Part shown: piece after piece, positions 29,352 to 39,407 of the stretch | Position numbering within the stretch: position 1 is the first letter of the stretch | How the letters are laid out: every line of letters begins with the position of its first letter | From: Alkalispirochaeta sp. | GTDB taxonomy: Bacteria > Spirochaetota > Spirochaetia > DSM-27196 > Alkalispirochaetaceae | Direction of reading: 5' to 3' | Assembly (NCBI GenBank): GCA_965601925.1 | Contig: OZ271854.1 | Span: 1,664,001-1,728,000 of the forward strand | Length of the DNA: 64,000 nucleotides | The notes under the pieces: model-generated | The model's input: the letters and a program-made list of their open reading frames with translations, nothing else | The model's database searches: none | Told to the model about the DNA's origin: nothing | Translations under genes and position numbers: made by a program

Positions 29352-30587
29352 CTACACGGTTTCGTCCAACAAACGCTCGTAGAGCGACTCGATCTGCCGG
29401 ACCATCGACTCGACCGTCCATGTGTCGTTTACTTTGTCACGTCCCGCCGTGCCCATGCGGAGCCTCAAGTCGACGTCGGCAACGAGTCGATATAACCGCT
29501 CTTGTATTGCGTCGACATCACGCATCGGTACGACCCAACCGTTGACGTCGTCCTCAACGACCTCATATGCGCCGTCACACGCGAATGTAACCACCGGTTT
29601 TCCCGCCGCGGCGGCCTGTACCAAGACGCGTGGCAGGCCCTCCCACAACGACGTAAGAACCACCACATCGCATATTGCAAACATATTCTCGACGTCTCGG
29701 CGATATCCGGTAAACACCGTCCTCTCGTCTAAGCCGAGCGTCTGCGCTTGAGCGCGGAGGTTCGTCTCCTCGGGCCCGTCTCCTACGATGACGAACCACG
29801 GTCTGGTATCCAGACCCTGAGACTCGACGGCGTCGAGAACGCCGCGCGCCGCCTCGAGGAAGAAGCGATGACCCTTGCGCCGCTCCATGCGCGAGATGTT
29901 CGCGAGGACGATCGCATCCTCGGGTATGCCGAACTCCGCGCGGATCGCACGACGTTCGCCTTCGCCGATAGCTGCCGCGGCGGTGTACCGCGACAGCTCC
30001 ATACCGCTGTGGATTACCGTGTAACGTGCCGCATCTCCGACGCGTGCCGCGATATATTGCTTGCGCAAGTCGTCTCCGACGGATACAAAATGCGTCGTAT
30101 AGCGCGCAACACGGCGCTCCACCGCTCGGTACATCGCTCGCGCCACGGGATGCATTTGCGGGCTGAAAGTGTGGCCGTGGATACCGTTGATAATGACGGG
30201 AACACCCTCTTTGTGAGCCGCCATGCGGGCCAGGATGCCCGCCTTGGCACCGTGGGTGTGGACGATGTGGTACCCACCCTCTCTCATGATGCGACGCAAA
30301 CTCGCACGGGCTCGCAGGTCTTGTACGCCGGGATTACGCGTTAACGCCGGAACGCGGTGCACCGTAACGTCATCCGCAATGCTTAACTTCTCAACGCGAT
30401 CCTCATCGTCTTCCGCGGAGCCGCCGATCGCCAAATCGACTTTCCAGCGTTCACCGGCGAGGCCGTTGACGCTGTAGATCGTGTTTTCCGCAGCCCCGCC
30501 GTTAGCCAGACGAGTAATGACGTGCAGAACCCGAGTCGGTGCGTGTGCAGCGTGCTCTTCGCCGGATGTAGCGACCGTGTCGACCAT
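29352..30587 (-). CDS. Glycosyltransferase family 4
   Basis: 'VLHVITRLANGGAAENT', 'VHTHGAKAGILAR', 'SLWEGLPRVLVQAAAAGKP'. TGATG coupling to upstream gene. Confidence 0.92.
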   Translation of the reverse strand: MVDTVATSGEEHAAHAPTRVLHVITRLANGGAAENTIYSVNGLAGERWKVDLAIGGSAEDDEDRVEKLSIADDVTVHRVPALTRNPGVQDLRARASLRRIMREGGYHIVHTHGAKAGILARMAAHKEGVPVIINGIHGHTFSPQMHPVARAMYRAVERRVARYTTHFVSVGDDLRKQYIAARVGDAARYTVIHSGMELSRYTAAAAIGEGERRAIRAEFGIPEDAIVLANISRMERRKGHRFFLEAARGVLDAVESQGLDTRPWFVIVGDGPEETNLRAQAQTLGLDERTVFTGYRRDVENMFAICDVVVLTSLWEGLPRVLVQAAAAGKPVVTFACDGAYEVVEDDVNGWVVPMRDVDAIQERLYRLVADVDLRLRMGTAGRDKVNDTWTVESMVRQIESLYERLLDETV

Positions 30588-32458
30588 CAGTAGCGCAACG
30601 TAATCTGGAAATTAACGTAGTGATTCACCTCGTCATCTCCGGCAACGGTCTCATACACCACCACATCGGCGTCACCGTCGGCCGAGTCTACGCCTGGAGC
30701 CGTCGTCCCCGTGGAGCGATAGCTGAGCGGTCCCTGGATGTATTCGAACTGGTATCCCGCCTCGAGGACGAAGGTCGTACGAGGGAGCGGAATCGTGTAC
30801 GCGACGTCAATACCGGTCTGAAAGACGTACTCGATGTTGTCCTGATTGAGGAATCGAAGATCGTCCTGGAACGAGAGGCGGCCGGTCTCTACGTAGATGT
30901 CGTCGCCATCGACCTGGAAGTGGTAGTACCGCCCGTCGTCGGTGATCGATCCGTCGTGGCCGGCCAGATTTAAATCCTCGATTCCTTCCGACGCATTGGC
31001 GTGGCGGATCATACGACCGACGATCGTCGTGCTGAGTCGCGGCAACGGCTGAAACGTCGCTTGAAGGGTCAGTCTGTCGGAGTTCGGGTCCAGGCCGGGG
31101 CCGAGGCTCTCGCCCTGATGAGTGTAACTTGTGTAGTTGGGAACCGGCTCGTACACACCGCCTTCACCGTCGTGTGTGTACATATAGGGAAACAGCGCCA
31201 AGTAGTCGAATTGCACGCGGCGCAACAAGCGGTGTGTCGGTGTCCAAATCACACCCGTGTGTACCCCGAGTTTGAGCTTCGTGTCGAAGTTGAACTGCGC
31301 CAAGTCGTTGAAGCTTGCGTCGTCCACGTATACGACAAACGGCAGTTGTACGTCGCGACGAGGCTGGACCAGCGCGCTCAACCCCATCTTGGAGCTATCG
31401 GCAAAGCCCACGTTACCTTGGGCGTTGAACGTCCACTTGAGCGGCATCAGATACGCCAGTTCGAATCGCGGCCCCCAGGTCACCGACTCAAAAAAGGCGA
31501 CGCTCAACCACGGCAACGCCTGCCATCGGTAGTCCTGGATGAAGACCCATTTGCCCGGGTGCTCCTCGGGATCTCGTACAAAGTCCAGGTCGCCTGAAGG
31601 CGCTACAACGTCGGTGTTGGCCTCATCGTCGTTAAAAGGCGTGCTCTCTTCATACAGTTGCGTCGCCGTGAGCGAAAAGAGTCCCGCGCTGAAGCGAAAG
31701 TTTCCTCGATGCCAGGAGGTAACCAATCCCGGCGACTGGAACGCGTACGGACTCAGGACGATGCCGTCATCGTGGAGCGGGCCGAACGAGCGTCTCATGA
31801 TGCCGGCGTGGAGGTACAGGGACTCGGTACCCCACACGAACGAAGTATTCACCTGACTCAACGCCGCGAAGTCGCGTCCCGCTACGCTGATCTCCGACCA
31901 GTCGTCGTTGATGTCCCAATCGGTGCGGCGGCCTTCCGGGAGCAGTTCGCCGTCTTCTACGTCGAGAAGAAGTCCGGCTATGCTTCCCGCGACGGTAACG
32001 GAATCGGCCAGTCTGCCGTGGACCGTTACTCCAATGCCGCCTTTGACGTGATACTCGTCGCTATTTCGTAAGCGCGTCTCTTGGGTCAGCCACCACTCCG
32101 TGTCGATGCGCCCGCCCAGACGATCGAGCCATTCTTGCGCGACCGTACGCGACTCCGCATCGCCGACCATCGCAACTCGCTCAAGCGCCCCGATGATTAC
32201 ATTCTCGGGATAGGGCCGAAACACGGGCATCTGGTCGAGGTATCCGCGACCTTCCCATATATCGAACCATTGGTAAATATCGTCCAACGGGTCGGCACTT
32301 ATTTGGGAAAAGACGACCGGTGTCGCAACAAACAGCGCGATCGCGATACAGAACACAAGGCGACCTATAGCAGAGAATGCGAGTCGTTCTCGGGTGTAAA
32401 GATGTGTTGTCGGGCCGGAACTCGACCGAGCGTCATTCTCGTGAATGGTTCGGGGCAT
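30587..32458 (-). CDS. Probable outer-membrane beta-barrel, capsule assembly Wzi-like
   Basis: ATG at 32458 has GGAGG RBS (ORF extends to 32503). Signal peptide, 'DPLDDIYQWFDIWEGRGYL..MPVFRPYP' (Wzi-like N-terminus), 'FESVTWGPRFELAYLMP', 'LGPGLDPNSD', C-terminal 'VNFQITLRY'. Confidence 0.6.
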   Translation of the reverse strand: MPRTIHENDARSSSGPTTHLYTRERLAFSAIGRLVFCIAIALFVATPVVFSQISADPLDDIYQWFDIWEGRGYLDQMPVFRPYPENVIIGALERVAMVGDAESRTVAQEWLDRLGGRIDTEWWLTQETRLRNSDEYHVKGGIGVTVHGRLADSVTVAGSIAGLLLDVEDGELLPEGRRTDWDINDDWSEISVAGRDFAALSQVNTSFVWGTESLYLHAGIMRRSFGPLHDDGIVLSPYAFQSPGLVTSWHRGNFRFSAGLFSLTATQLYEESTPFNDDEANTDVVAPSGDLDFVRDPEEHPGKWVFIQDYRWQALPWLSVAFFESVTWGPRFELAYLMPLKWTFNAQGNVGFADSSKMGLSALVQPRRDVQLPFVVYVDDASFNDLAQFNFDTKLKLGVHTGVIWTPTHRLLRRVQFDYLALFPYMYTHDGEGGVYEPVPNYTSYTHQGESLGPGLDPNSDRLTLQATFQPLPRLSTTIVGRMIRHANASEGIEDLNLAGHDGSITDDGRYYHFQVDGDDIYVETGRLSFQDDLRFLNQDNIEYVFQTGIDVAYTIPLPRTTFVLEAGYQFEYIQGPLSYRSTGTTAPGVDSADGDADVVVYETVAGDDEVNHYVNFQITLRY

Positions 32459-32620
32459 GGAACCTCCAGTTGTCATTGCGGATAGTCTTGACGATGGTAA
32501 CATGAGCGATAGTACGAGGTATAGTTATCATATAAAAATGAAAAAAGTATGCTTGGTTGCTTCTTTTTCATGGATTGGCGGATAGGTGCGAAAAAGGAGG
32601 ATAGTTCGCGCAACACGCCT

Positions 32621-33703
32621 CTACGTGACGGAGGATAGTACGGTTTCCCAACGATCGACCAATGATTCAATATTGAAATCATCACTTTTTGCGTAACCGG
32701 CTTCCGCTATTCGTCTACTCTCGGCCGGATGCTCGATCAGATATTCTACCGCCTGGCGGAGACCGTCTTCATCGCTCACCGGCACGAGCAGGCCGGTCTC
32801 ATCATGTGTGAGAATTTCGGCCGGTCCCGTAGCGCAGTCGGAAGCGACACTCGCAACGCCTTGGCCCAACGCTTCTATCAGCGCGTTCGGATATCCTTCA
32901 TATCGCGAGGACAGGACGAATATTCGAGCGTTCCGAAGCCATCTCTCCGGGTCCCGAGCATTGCCCACCAGTTTGATCTGTCCCTCCAACCGGTGGCGGT
33001 CGACCATGCTTTGCAGGCGGTCTCTCTCCGGGCCCTCGCCAAGGATGTATAAACTCCAGTCTTGATGGGCCGTAAGAACCGGTGCGATCGCATTAATGAG
33101 AATGTCAAATCCTTTTTGGGGTACCAAACGCCCCATTGCTATCACATGGTGAGATCGATCATCCCAGTCGGGAAATGCGGGTGCTCTTCCGACGATCGGG
33201 TTGTACAGTACCTCCCGCCGCTCCGAACGCACCCACGCGAACTTCGCATCCATTGCACGACTGACCGATACAAGTCGACTCACTCTGCGATAGAAGCACC
33301 TTCGAAGCAGATTCCATGGAAACGATAGAGGTTCCGAAGAAGGGTCGACCCGTTCCGAGACTATTAACGGGACGTCACATCCCAGAAGTGATGCTGCAAC
33401 GCGAATGTTCCATTTGCTCATAAAAGAAATAACTACATCGGGATTCTCGGCGAGAATCGCTCGACGAATTGCCCGATGGCGCGACAGCGCGGCGAGTGCG
33501 CGACCCACACCTCCCGAGACTCTCGTATCGTGAATAGCTCGTCTGGCGACACCGGGCGCTACTTCGTAAAAGTCCGTATCCGGCGACATTTTGGTAACAA
33601 TGGCGACGGAGTGTCCGCGCTTGGAAAGCTCGTCGGCCAATCGGGTGGTCACGCGCTCAGCTCCGCCAGACCAAAGTGAAAAGAGGGTAAAAACTATTCG
33701 CAA
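32621..33703 (-). CDS. Glycosyltransferase family 4 (PglH/AmsD-like)
   Basis: TTG start. 'SGGAERV', 'MGRLVPQKGFD', 'SSRYEGYPNALIEA', 'DCATGPAEI'. Confidence 0.92.
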   Translation of the reverse strand: MRIVFTLFSLWSGGAERVTTRLADELSKRGHSVAIVTKMSPDTDFYEVAPGVARRAIHDTRVSGGVGRALAALSRHRAIRRAILAENPDVVISFMSKWNIRVAASLLGCDVPLIVSERVDPSSEPLSFPWNLLRRCFYRRVSRLVSVSRAMDAKFAWVRSERREVLYNPIVGRAPAFPDWDDRSHHVIAMGRLVPQKGFDILINAIAPVLTAHQDWSLYILGEGPERDRLQSMVDRHRLEGQIKLVGNARDPERWLRNARIFVLSSRYEGYPNALIEALGQGVASVASDCATGPAEILTHDETGLLVPVSDEDGLRQAVEYLIEHPAESRRIAEAGYAKSDDFNIESLVDRWETVLSSVT

Positions 33704-35608
33704 TTAGCCCACCCAGCGTTCATACCACATCTCAAACATTAATAATGTCCAGAGTTGCCTGAATGTCGTGTGTGCTCCCGAAAGATACCGATCTCGATAT
33801 TCAACAATCGGCTTGGGATGGAAAATCCCGACCTTTTTCAGACGACGTTCATCGAGATAGTGGAGTAGGTAATCCTTGAGTTCCGATTTGAACCATTGCG
33901 CTACCGGGACACTGAAACCCATTTTGGGCCGTTCCATTAGCTCCTTCGGCACGTGGCGATAAAGGACTTTGCGAAGAATGTATTTGCTTTGACCATCGCG
34001 CAACTTTTGGTCTGCCGGTAGTCGAGAGGCGAACTCCACGACACGATGATCGAGTAAAGGATCTCTACCTTCCAGACTGGTAGACATCGTCGCTCTATCG
34101 ACCTTTACCAAGACGTCATCGACCATGTAGGTTTTGTAGTCGGTCGCAAGAAGCTTGCCGAGCGTCGGTACATGAGGTTCGAAACGATGGTATTCATCGA
34201 AGAACGTGTGGTACGTCGGAACAAACCCGGGCATCAAAGACTGCAGATGTTCATCGGTGAAGGCTCGCGCTTTATGCTTTAGAACCGCAACGGGGTCTCC
34301 CGTTTTTATTATTTCCTTCACTTTGTTATATCTATTTGAAAAATTATATATTTTATCGTTAAACGGTATTGATTCAGGAGGGATGGCCCCCATGATCGAG
34401 GATATTGCTCCGCTCATAAGATCCGGCATCCAACCGAATCGTTTGTGATAGTCAATAGCCCGAGGATACTTGTCGTAACCGGCGAATGTCTCGTCTCCCG
34501 CGTCGGCGCTGAGAGCGACCTTTACGTGCTCTTTCGCCATTCTGGAAACGAGTATAGTAGGAATTGCCGAGGCGTCGGAAAACGGTTCGTCATAGTAGTG
34601 GGGGATCTCCGGCAGAATTTCGACCGTTTCCTTAGTGGTGCAATAGAGTTGATGGTGATCGGTACCCAGGTACTTTGCGATCTTTTCCGCATAGATCGCC
34701 TCATTGTATTCCTGTTCGTGAAAACCGATAGTGAACGTCTTGATCGGTTCGGTATGTTCATGCTGCAGCAACGCCGCCACGACCGTACTATCGAGCCCAC
34801 CGCTGAGGAACACACCGACAGGAACGTCGGCTATCAGACGGTAGTTAAAGGCGGACTTCAGGAGCCGTTCCAGTTCGTCGGCAGCTTCGTCGTCCGAGAG
34901 CGCCAACGGTTCGGAGTTATAATGATCGACAACATCCCAGTAGGTTCTGTCCTCTATCTTTCGACGAGTCAGATCGATCTCCAGGTAGTGACCCGGCTTT
35001 ACGCGCGCGGTATCCTGGTAGATCGAATATGGAGCCGGAACGTATCCATACTGCAAATAGGCTTGTAACGCACCGTGGTCGATTCTGCGCGGAAACGAAG
35101 GACATGCAGCGAGCGCCTTCAGTTCGGATCCAAAAAGAAGCCGGTTCCCGTCGGTATAATAGTAGAGCGGCTTCACGCCGGGACGGTCTCGGAATAGATA
35201 GACTCTTCCGGCCCTTTCATCATAAATCGCGAATGCATACATCCCGATGAAGCGCTCTACGGCCTGCGGTCCCCATACCTGAAACGCTACGAGGATTACC
35301 TCGGTGTCGCACTCCGATTCAAACGAGTGTCCAAGTGCCCGGAGCTCCTCCCTGATTTCCAGAAAGTTGTACACTTCGCCGTTGAATACGATAGATAAAG
35401 AACCGCGACGCATTGGCTGATGTCCCGCCGCGCTGAGATCGAGTATCGAGAGACGTCTATGACCGAGTCCTACGGTGACTTCGCCTCGCCGGTACACTTC
35501 GTAGCCTGAATCATCCGGTCCCCGATGCGTCAAAGAGTCCGCCATCGCTACGACCTCGGTACGACCCAGCTTATTGGTAAAGTCTACAAAACCTGTTATT
35601 CCGCACAT
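33704..35608 (-). CDS. asnB: Asparagine synthase-type glutamine amidotransferase (second copy)
   Basis: True start MCGITG at 35608. 'HRGPDD', 'GHRRLSILDLS', 'FLSGGLDST', 'ALSADAGDE', 'KVDRATM..SLEGRDP'. Confidence 0.93.
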   Translation of the reverse strand: MCGITGFVDFTNKLGRTEVVAMADSLTHRGPDDSGYEVYRRGEVTVGLGHRRLSILDLSAAGHQPMRRGSLSIVFNGEVYNFLEIREELRALGHSFESECDTEVILVAFQVWGPQAVERFIGMYAFAIYDERAGRVYLFRDRPGVKPLYYYTDGNRLLFGSELKALAACPSFPRRIDHGALQAYLQYGYVPAPYSIYQDTARVKPGHYLEIDLTRRKIEDRTYWDVVDHYNSEPLALSDDEAADELERLLKSAFNYRLIADVPVGVFLSGGLDSTVVAALLQHEHTEPIKTFTIGFHEQEYNEAIYAEKIAKYLGTDHHQLYCTTKETVEILPEIPHYYDEPFSDASAIPTILVSRMAKEHVKVALSADAGDETFAGYDKYPRAIDYHKRFGWMPDLMSGAISSIMGAIPPESIPFNDKIYNFSNRYNKVKEIIKTGDPVAVLKHKARAFTDEHLQSLMPGFVPTYHTFFDEYHRFEPHVPTLGKLLATDYKTYMVDDVLVKVDRATMSTSLEGRDPLLDHRVVEFASRLPADQKLRDGQSKYILRKVLYRHVPKELMERPKMGFSVPVAQWFKSELKDYLLHYLDERRLKKVGIFHPKPIVEYRDRYLSGAHTTFRQLWTLLMFEMWYERWVG

Positions 35609-36669
35609 ACTTGTCTCAGGAGTGTATCCCATTGGTCCGTGATCGCCGAGAGGGTATGCATAGAAGCCGTCTGCCGCGCGGCCATACCGAATCGTGAGGC
35701 AACTTCCGGATGGGATGACAGTCGCTCGATAGAGCGTGATAGTTGCTCGACGTCGTCGACGGGAATCAATATACCGTTGTGATCGTCCTCGATCAGGTCC
35801 CGGGGACCGTGGGGGCAGTCGGTACTAATGCAGGCGCAGCCGCACGCCATGGCTTCCAAAAGGGCGTTTGGGTATCCTTCATAACGACTCGTCATGACGA
35901 AGATACGGTGTCTCGTGTAAAGACGAGCGACATCCTCCGTGTAGCCCAGAAAGTGAACGCGATCGGTAACTCCGAGTTGGACCGCGAGTTCTTGCAAGGC
36001 GCGTTCATGTGAGCCCGTTCCGGCTATCGTCAGCTTTACCGGTACGGCGCATTCGGCAATACCGCGCAACAGTATGTCAAATCCTTTTTGGTGCTCCAAA
36101 CGGCCGACCGCAAGAATCGATGCCGCCGGTCTGTGCTCCAGTTCCTCAGCATGTGAACAGTCAAATGAGAGCGGGTTGGCGATTACTTTCGCGCTCATAA
36201 AACGCCTATAGTATTCCGCATCCGATTGCGTTTGCGTCACCAGTGCCGATGCACGCGGGTACACGACCCTTCGAAGAGTGCGCCACAGTCTACTCGAAAG
36301 AAACTCTGCCGCTATGCGCTCGGAGACGATCGTCGGAACGCCCTCTCGGCGTCCGGCTGCAGTCGCGATCACGTTGTTGTACGTGAGAAAACTGACGAGC
36401 ACGTCGGGTCGATACTCCGATAGGAGTCGGCGGATTGAAATAATTCGGGAAACGTTTTTGACAAGTCCTTGAAACGCCGAAGAAGATTTCTTGCAGAGAT
36501 CGAGCTCTATGATTTCCACCGACGAAATCGGATGATGGTGGCGCTGTTTTCGACATTTGCACGCGATCGCTACGGCGTTACCGCGTCGCGATAGCTCATT
36601 CGCTAACGCGACGACGACCCGTTGTGCTCCCCCCTCGTGGAGGGCGGACAAGAAAAACAGAATTTTCAC
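35596..36669 (-). CDS. Glycosyltransferase family 4 (PglH/AmsD-like)
   Basis: GTG start. 'EGGAQRV', 'VGRLEHQKGFD', 'SRYEGYPNALLEAMACG', 'DCPHGPRDLI'. Confidence 0.92.
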   Translation of the reverse strand: MKILFFLSALHEGGAQRVVVALANELSRRGNAVAIACKCRKQRHHHPISSVEIIELDLCKKSSSAFQGLVKNVSRIISIRRLLSEYRPDVLVSFLTYNNVIATAAGRREGVPTIVSERIAAEFLSSRLWRTLRRVVYPRASALVTQTQSDAEYYRRFMSAKVIANPLSFDCSHAEELEHRPAASILAVGRLEHQKGFDILLRGIAECAVPVKLTIAGTGSHERALQELAVQLGVTDRVHFLGYTEDVARLYTRHRIFVMTSRYEGYPNALLEAMACGCACISTDCPHGPRDLIEDDHNGILIPVDDVEQLSRSIERLSSHPEVASRFGMAARQTASMHTLSAITDQWDTLLRQVCAE

Positions 36670-36681
36670 GCTCTCGAAGCC

Positions 36682-37479
36682 CTACGTGTCGTGCGGGCGT
36701 CTGCCGACGTAAAAGAGGCTGCGACCTTTTCCGAGATCGGCTCTGAGACGACGACTTCTGGTACCGGACAAACGAAAGACGATATCCACCATGCGCAGCA
36801 ACGGATTTCGGAGGTATTGTCTGAGCACGTGCCGCTTCCCTTTTCGCTTCTGAAAATTCCGAAAGTCGGTGTGATCGCATAGTATGGTATGGAACCCGAC
36901 ACGCTCCATAATGCCTACGAGTTTCGACACGTCAAATGAAGAGAAATGAAGCCATCGATGAAACACCGTGGAACAATTCGGGCAGAAACACATATCATCT
37001 TCAAGATTTTCCTCGTACGGGGTTGTGACGAATATGTATCCTCCCGGCTTGACCAACGGGAGCAGACGCTCGAACGTTGGAACGATATCGTCGGGAAAAA
37101 GATGTTCGATTGTCTCAATAGATAAAACGAGATCAAAACTATCATCGCTGAAAGGTAGTGTTGTATCCGTAACGACTTCCGCGACACCAAAAGAGGGATG
37201 TCCCTTATATCGATCGCGAACCGTAGCGATACTGTCCGGAGAATAATCCAGCCCGGAGACCGTGACGTTCTTGTCCAGTATGCGTGCCATGAGGTCGCCC
37301 TTACCACAACCGTAGTCAAGAACGTTTCCGTTCAGAACATTGAGGCTCCTGAGGAATGTCGCTACACCGTCACCAACCATTTCGCTGAAATACGTGCGTT
37401 GATACGGCCGCCAGCTACTGGCGAAGTTCCACAGCCGTTCTATGTGCTTCGGCTCTATTTCAAGGAAATTCCAATTCAA
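36682..37479 (-). CDS. Class I SAM-dependent methyltransferase
   Basis: TTG start with AGGAG RBS. 'VLDYGCGKG', 'LPFSDDSFDLV..IETIEHL', 'VKPGGYIFVTTP', 'CFCPNC...H..H'. Confidence 0.9.
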   Translation of the reverse strand: MNWNFLEIEPKHIERLWNFASSWRPYQRTYFSEMVGDGVATFLRSLNVLNGNVLDYGCGKGDLMARILDKNVTVSGLDYSPDSIATVRDRYKGHPSFGVAEVVTDTTLPFSDDSFDLVLSIETIEHLFPDDIVPTFERLLPLVKPGGYIFVTTPYEENLEDDMCFCPNCSTVFHRWLHFSSFDVSKLVGIMERVGFHTILCDHTDFRNFQKRKGKRHVLRQYLRNPLLRMVDIVFRLSGTRSRRLRADLGKGRSLFYVGRRPHDT

Positions 37480-37935
37480 AAGATTTCTCCTATCAATAAT
37501 GTATAGAGTTCATGAAAAGACCGGTAGATTCTTTTTATACCATTATTTAGCAACGAAAGCCTATGAGGGTGACACCATAGCATGTCTGGCACCTTTTAAA
37601 AAGAATAGACCATATACCCCGTGTGATATATGGTACCATGCGATCTCCGTCCGTCGACGCGCTCCGTATCACGATTGCGACCGTTTATGCGCAGAAAACC
37701 CGGCGTGCTGCCAACAGAGCCCATGTTAGACCCGAGACCGTCGGGGCTGATGCTCCTATCTTCCGAGGATTTGTCATAGCATAAATTTTCGGGATGAAAA
37801 TCAATAAACGCGCGTGATGCGAACTCAGGATGAGATACTCTTACATGCATGAAGAGTGCGGCTCGGTATTGTTCAACATCACGGTATGCGTCGGTTGTCC
37901 CCGTATGCCGTCTGCCATAGAATAGCCGTACAAAT

Positions 37936-39375
37936 ATGCTCAAGTTTCAAAGGCCGAGGAATTTCAGTATGACGACGGGTTCGGTAAGAGTTGCTATTTT
38001 AGCCTTATTCTGTATTTTATGCTCTGCATACGCTTCCGCTATAGAGCTTTCAATCGATCACCGATTTATCGGTGCCGTCGAAGGAATGCCGCATTGGCTC
38101 GAGCGAATGCGTTGGGGAACGGTGCAGGATAGTCTCTATCAATCCGTCACGGGAGCCGAAGTTCTAGGCGATGCCGAGATCGGCAGCGTTCTTTTTTACG
38201 GAGAGGCGGACTTGCAAGCCACCATATCCGAGGAGCCTGCCGGCCAGATACGCGAGTTATACGGCAGCGTCGCGTACGGACCCATCGCCTTTCGGGGTGG
38301 TGTGTTCAGGCAAACGCTGGGGTATACCGGACCAATGAACCTATCGTCCGGGTCGATGTCCGTGAGTGGAAACGCGGCGCCGATTCCTCGTTTACAGCTT
38401 CTCACGCCCGACTTTGTTTCGGTGCCGTTTACCGGAGATATTCTTGCGTTTTCCGGCGGACTATCCCACGGGTGGTTCACCGGCGATCGCGCCGTAGACT
38501 TGCCGTTGCTTCATGAGAAATGGCTCTACTTGCAGCTTCAGCGTGAACGGGTGTTTCGTGCGCGACTCGGACTGATTCACCACGCGCAATGGGGCGGAGA
38601 CGGAGTCGGTACGGTTCCGGCAACTTTTTCTAACTACTGGCGCGTATTTTTCGCGAGCTCAGGCGGATCCGACTCTTCTGAGAGTGACCAAATAAATAGC
38701 GTGGGAAACTCTTTGGGAACGTGGGATGCCAACTTTACACTGTTTCTCGATAACTGGGAAATAACGCTCTACCGACACTACTTTTTTGAAGATAGTGCCG
38801 GATTTAGGGAATTTAATAATGTAACGGATGGTTTGTCCGGTATTCATATCAACTTCACGCAGGTACAGTTCATTCAAAACATCGTACTTGAGACGCTTTG
38901 GACCCGTCATCAAGGTGGTGAATACCACGATCTCGGTTTTTTGGGCCGCCCGGATATTATCTGGGGAGGACGAGATCATTACTACGACCATAGCGCGTAT
39001 CGCAGCGGATGGACGTATCAGAACCATATCCTCGGTACGTCCCTTTTTGAAACGACCGGTGAAGACGAGTCCCTAAGAATCGCCAGTAATCGGGTAATCG
39101 CGTGGCATGCCGGGATAGATGGTGCGATTTCGCCCAGAATCGGCTATCGAGTTCTCTCGACGGTGACGCAACACTACCCTGCATATGCTCGAGCCACACT
39201 GGTAACGGAAGCGGAAAGGACCAAGCGACAATGGTATCATTATCTCGGTGTAACATTGCGTCGCCCGGCTCGAATCGACGGGGCCGAACTATCGGTCGGT
39301 CTCGCGTTTGACCATGGGGAGCTGTTCGACGAACGATATGGAGCGGAAATCTTCTTCCGCTACCGGTTACGATAG
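37936..39375 (+). CDS. Capsule assembly Wzi family outer-membrane protein
   Basis: Signal peptide (start 37936 or 37969). 'LSSGSMSVSGNAAPIPR', 'GGLSHGWF', 'LHEKWLYL', 'GLIHHAQWGG', 'GNSLGTWD', 'YRSGWTY', C-terminal 'IFFRYRLR'. Confidence 0.75.
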   Translation: MLKFQRPRNFSMTTGSVRVAILALFCILCSAYASAIELSIDHRFIGAVEGMPHWLERMRWGTVQDSLYQSVTGAEVLGDAEIGSVLFYGEADLQATISEEPAGQIRELYGSVAYGPIAFRGGVFRQTLGYTGPMNLSSGSMSVSGNAAPIPRLQLLTPDFVSVPFTGDILAFSGGLSHGWFTGDRAVDLPLLHEKWLYLQLQRERVFRARLGLIHHAQWGGDGVGTVPATFSNYWRVFFASSGGSDSSESDQINSVGNSLGTWDANFTLFLDNWEITLYRHYFFEDSAGFREFNNVTDGLSGIHINFTQVQFIQNIVLETLWTRHQGGEYHDLGFLGRPDIIWGGRDHYYDHSAYRSGWTYQNHILGTSLFETTGEDESLRIASNRVIAWHAGIDGAISPRIGYRVLSTVTQHYPAYARATLVTEAERTKRQWYHYLGVTLRRPARIDGAELSVGLAFDHGELFDERYGAEIFFRYRLR

Positions 39376-39407
39376 ATACTCTCGAGAAAGCGTGTTTTAG
39401 GTCCCGT

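Noticed and set aside
37480..37935. Small ORFs (37596-37943 minus, 37442-37729 plus) in the divergent gap
   Set aside because: No family features; more simply an AT-rich divergent promoter region.
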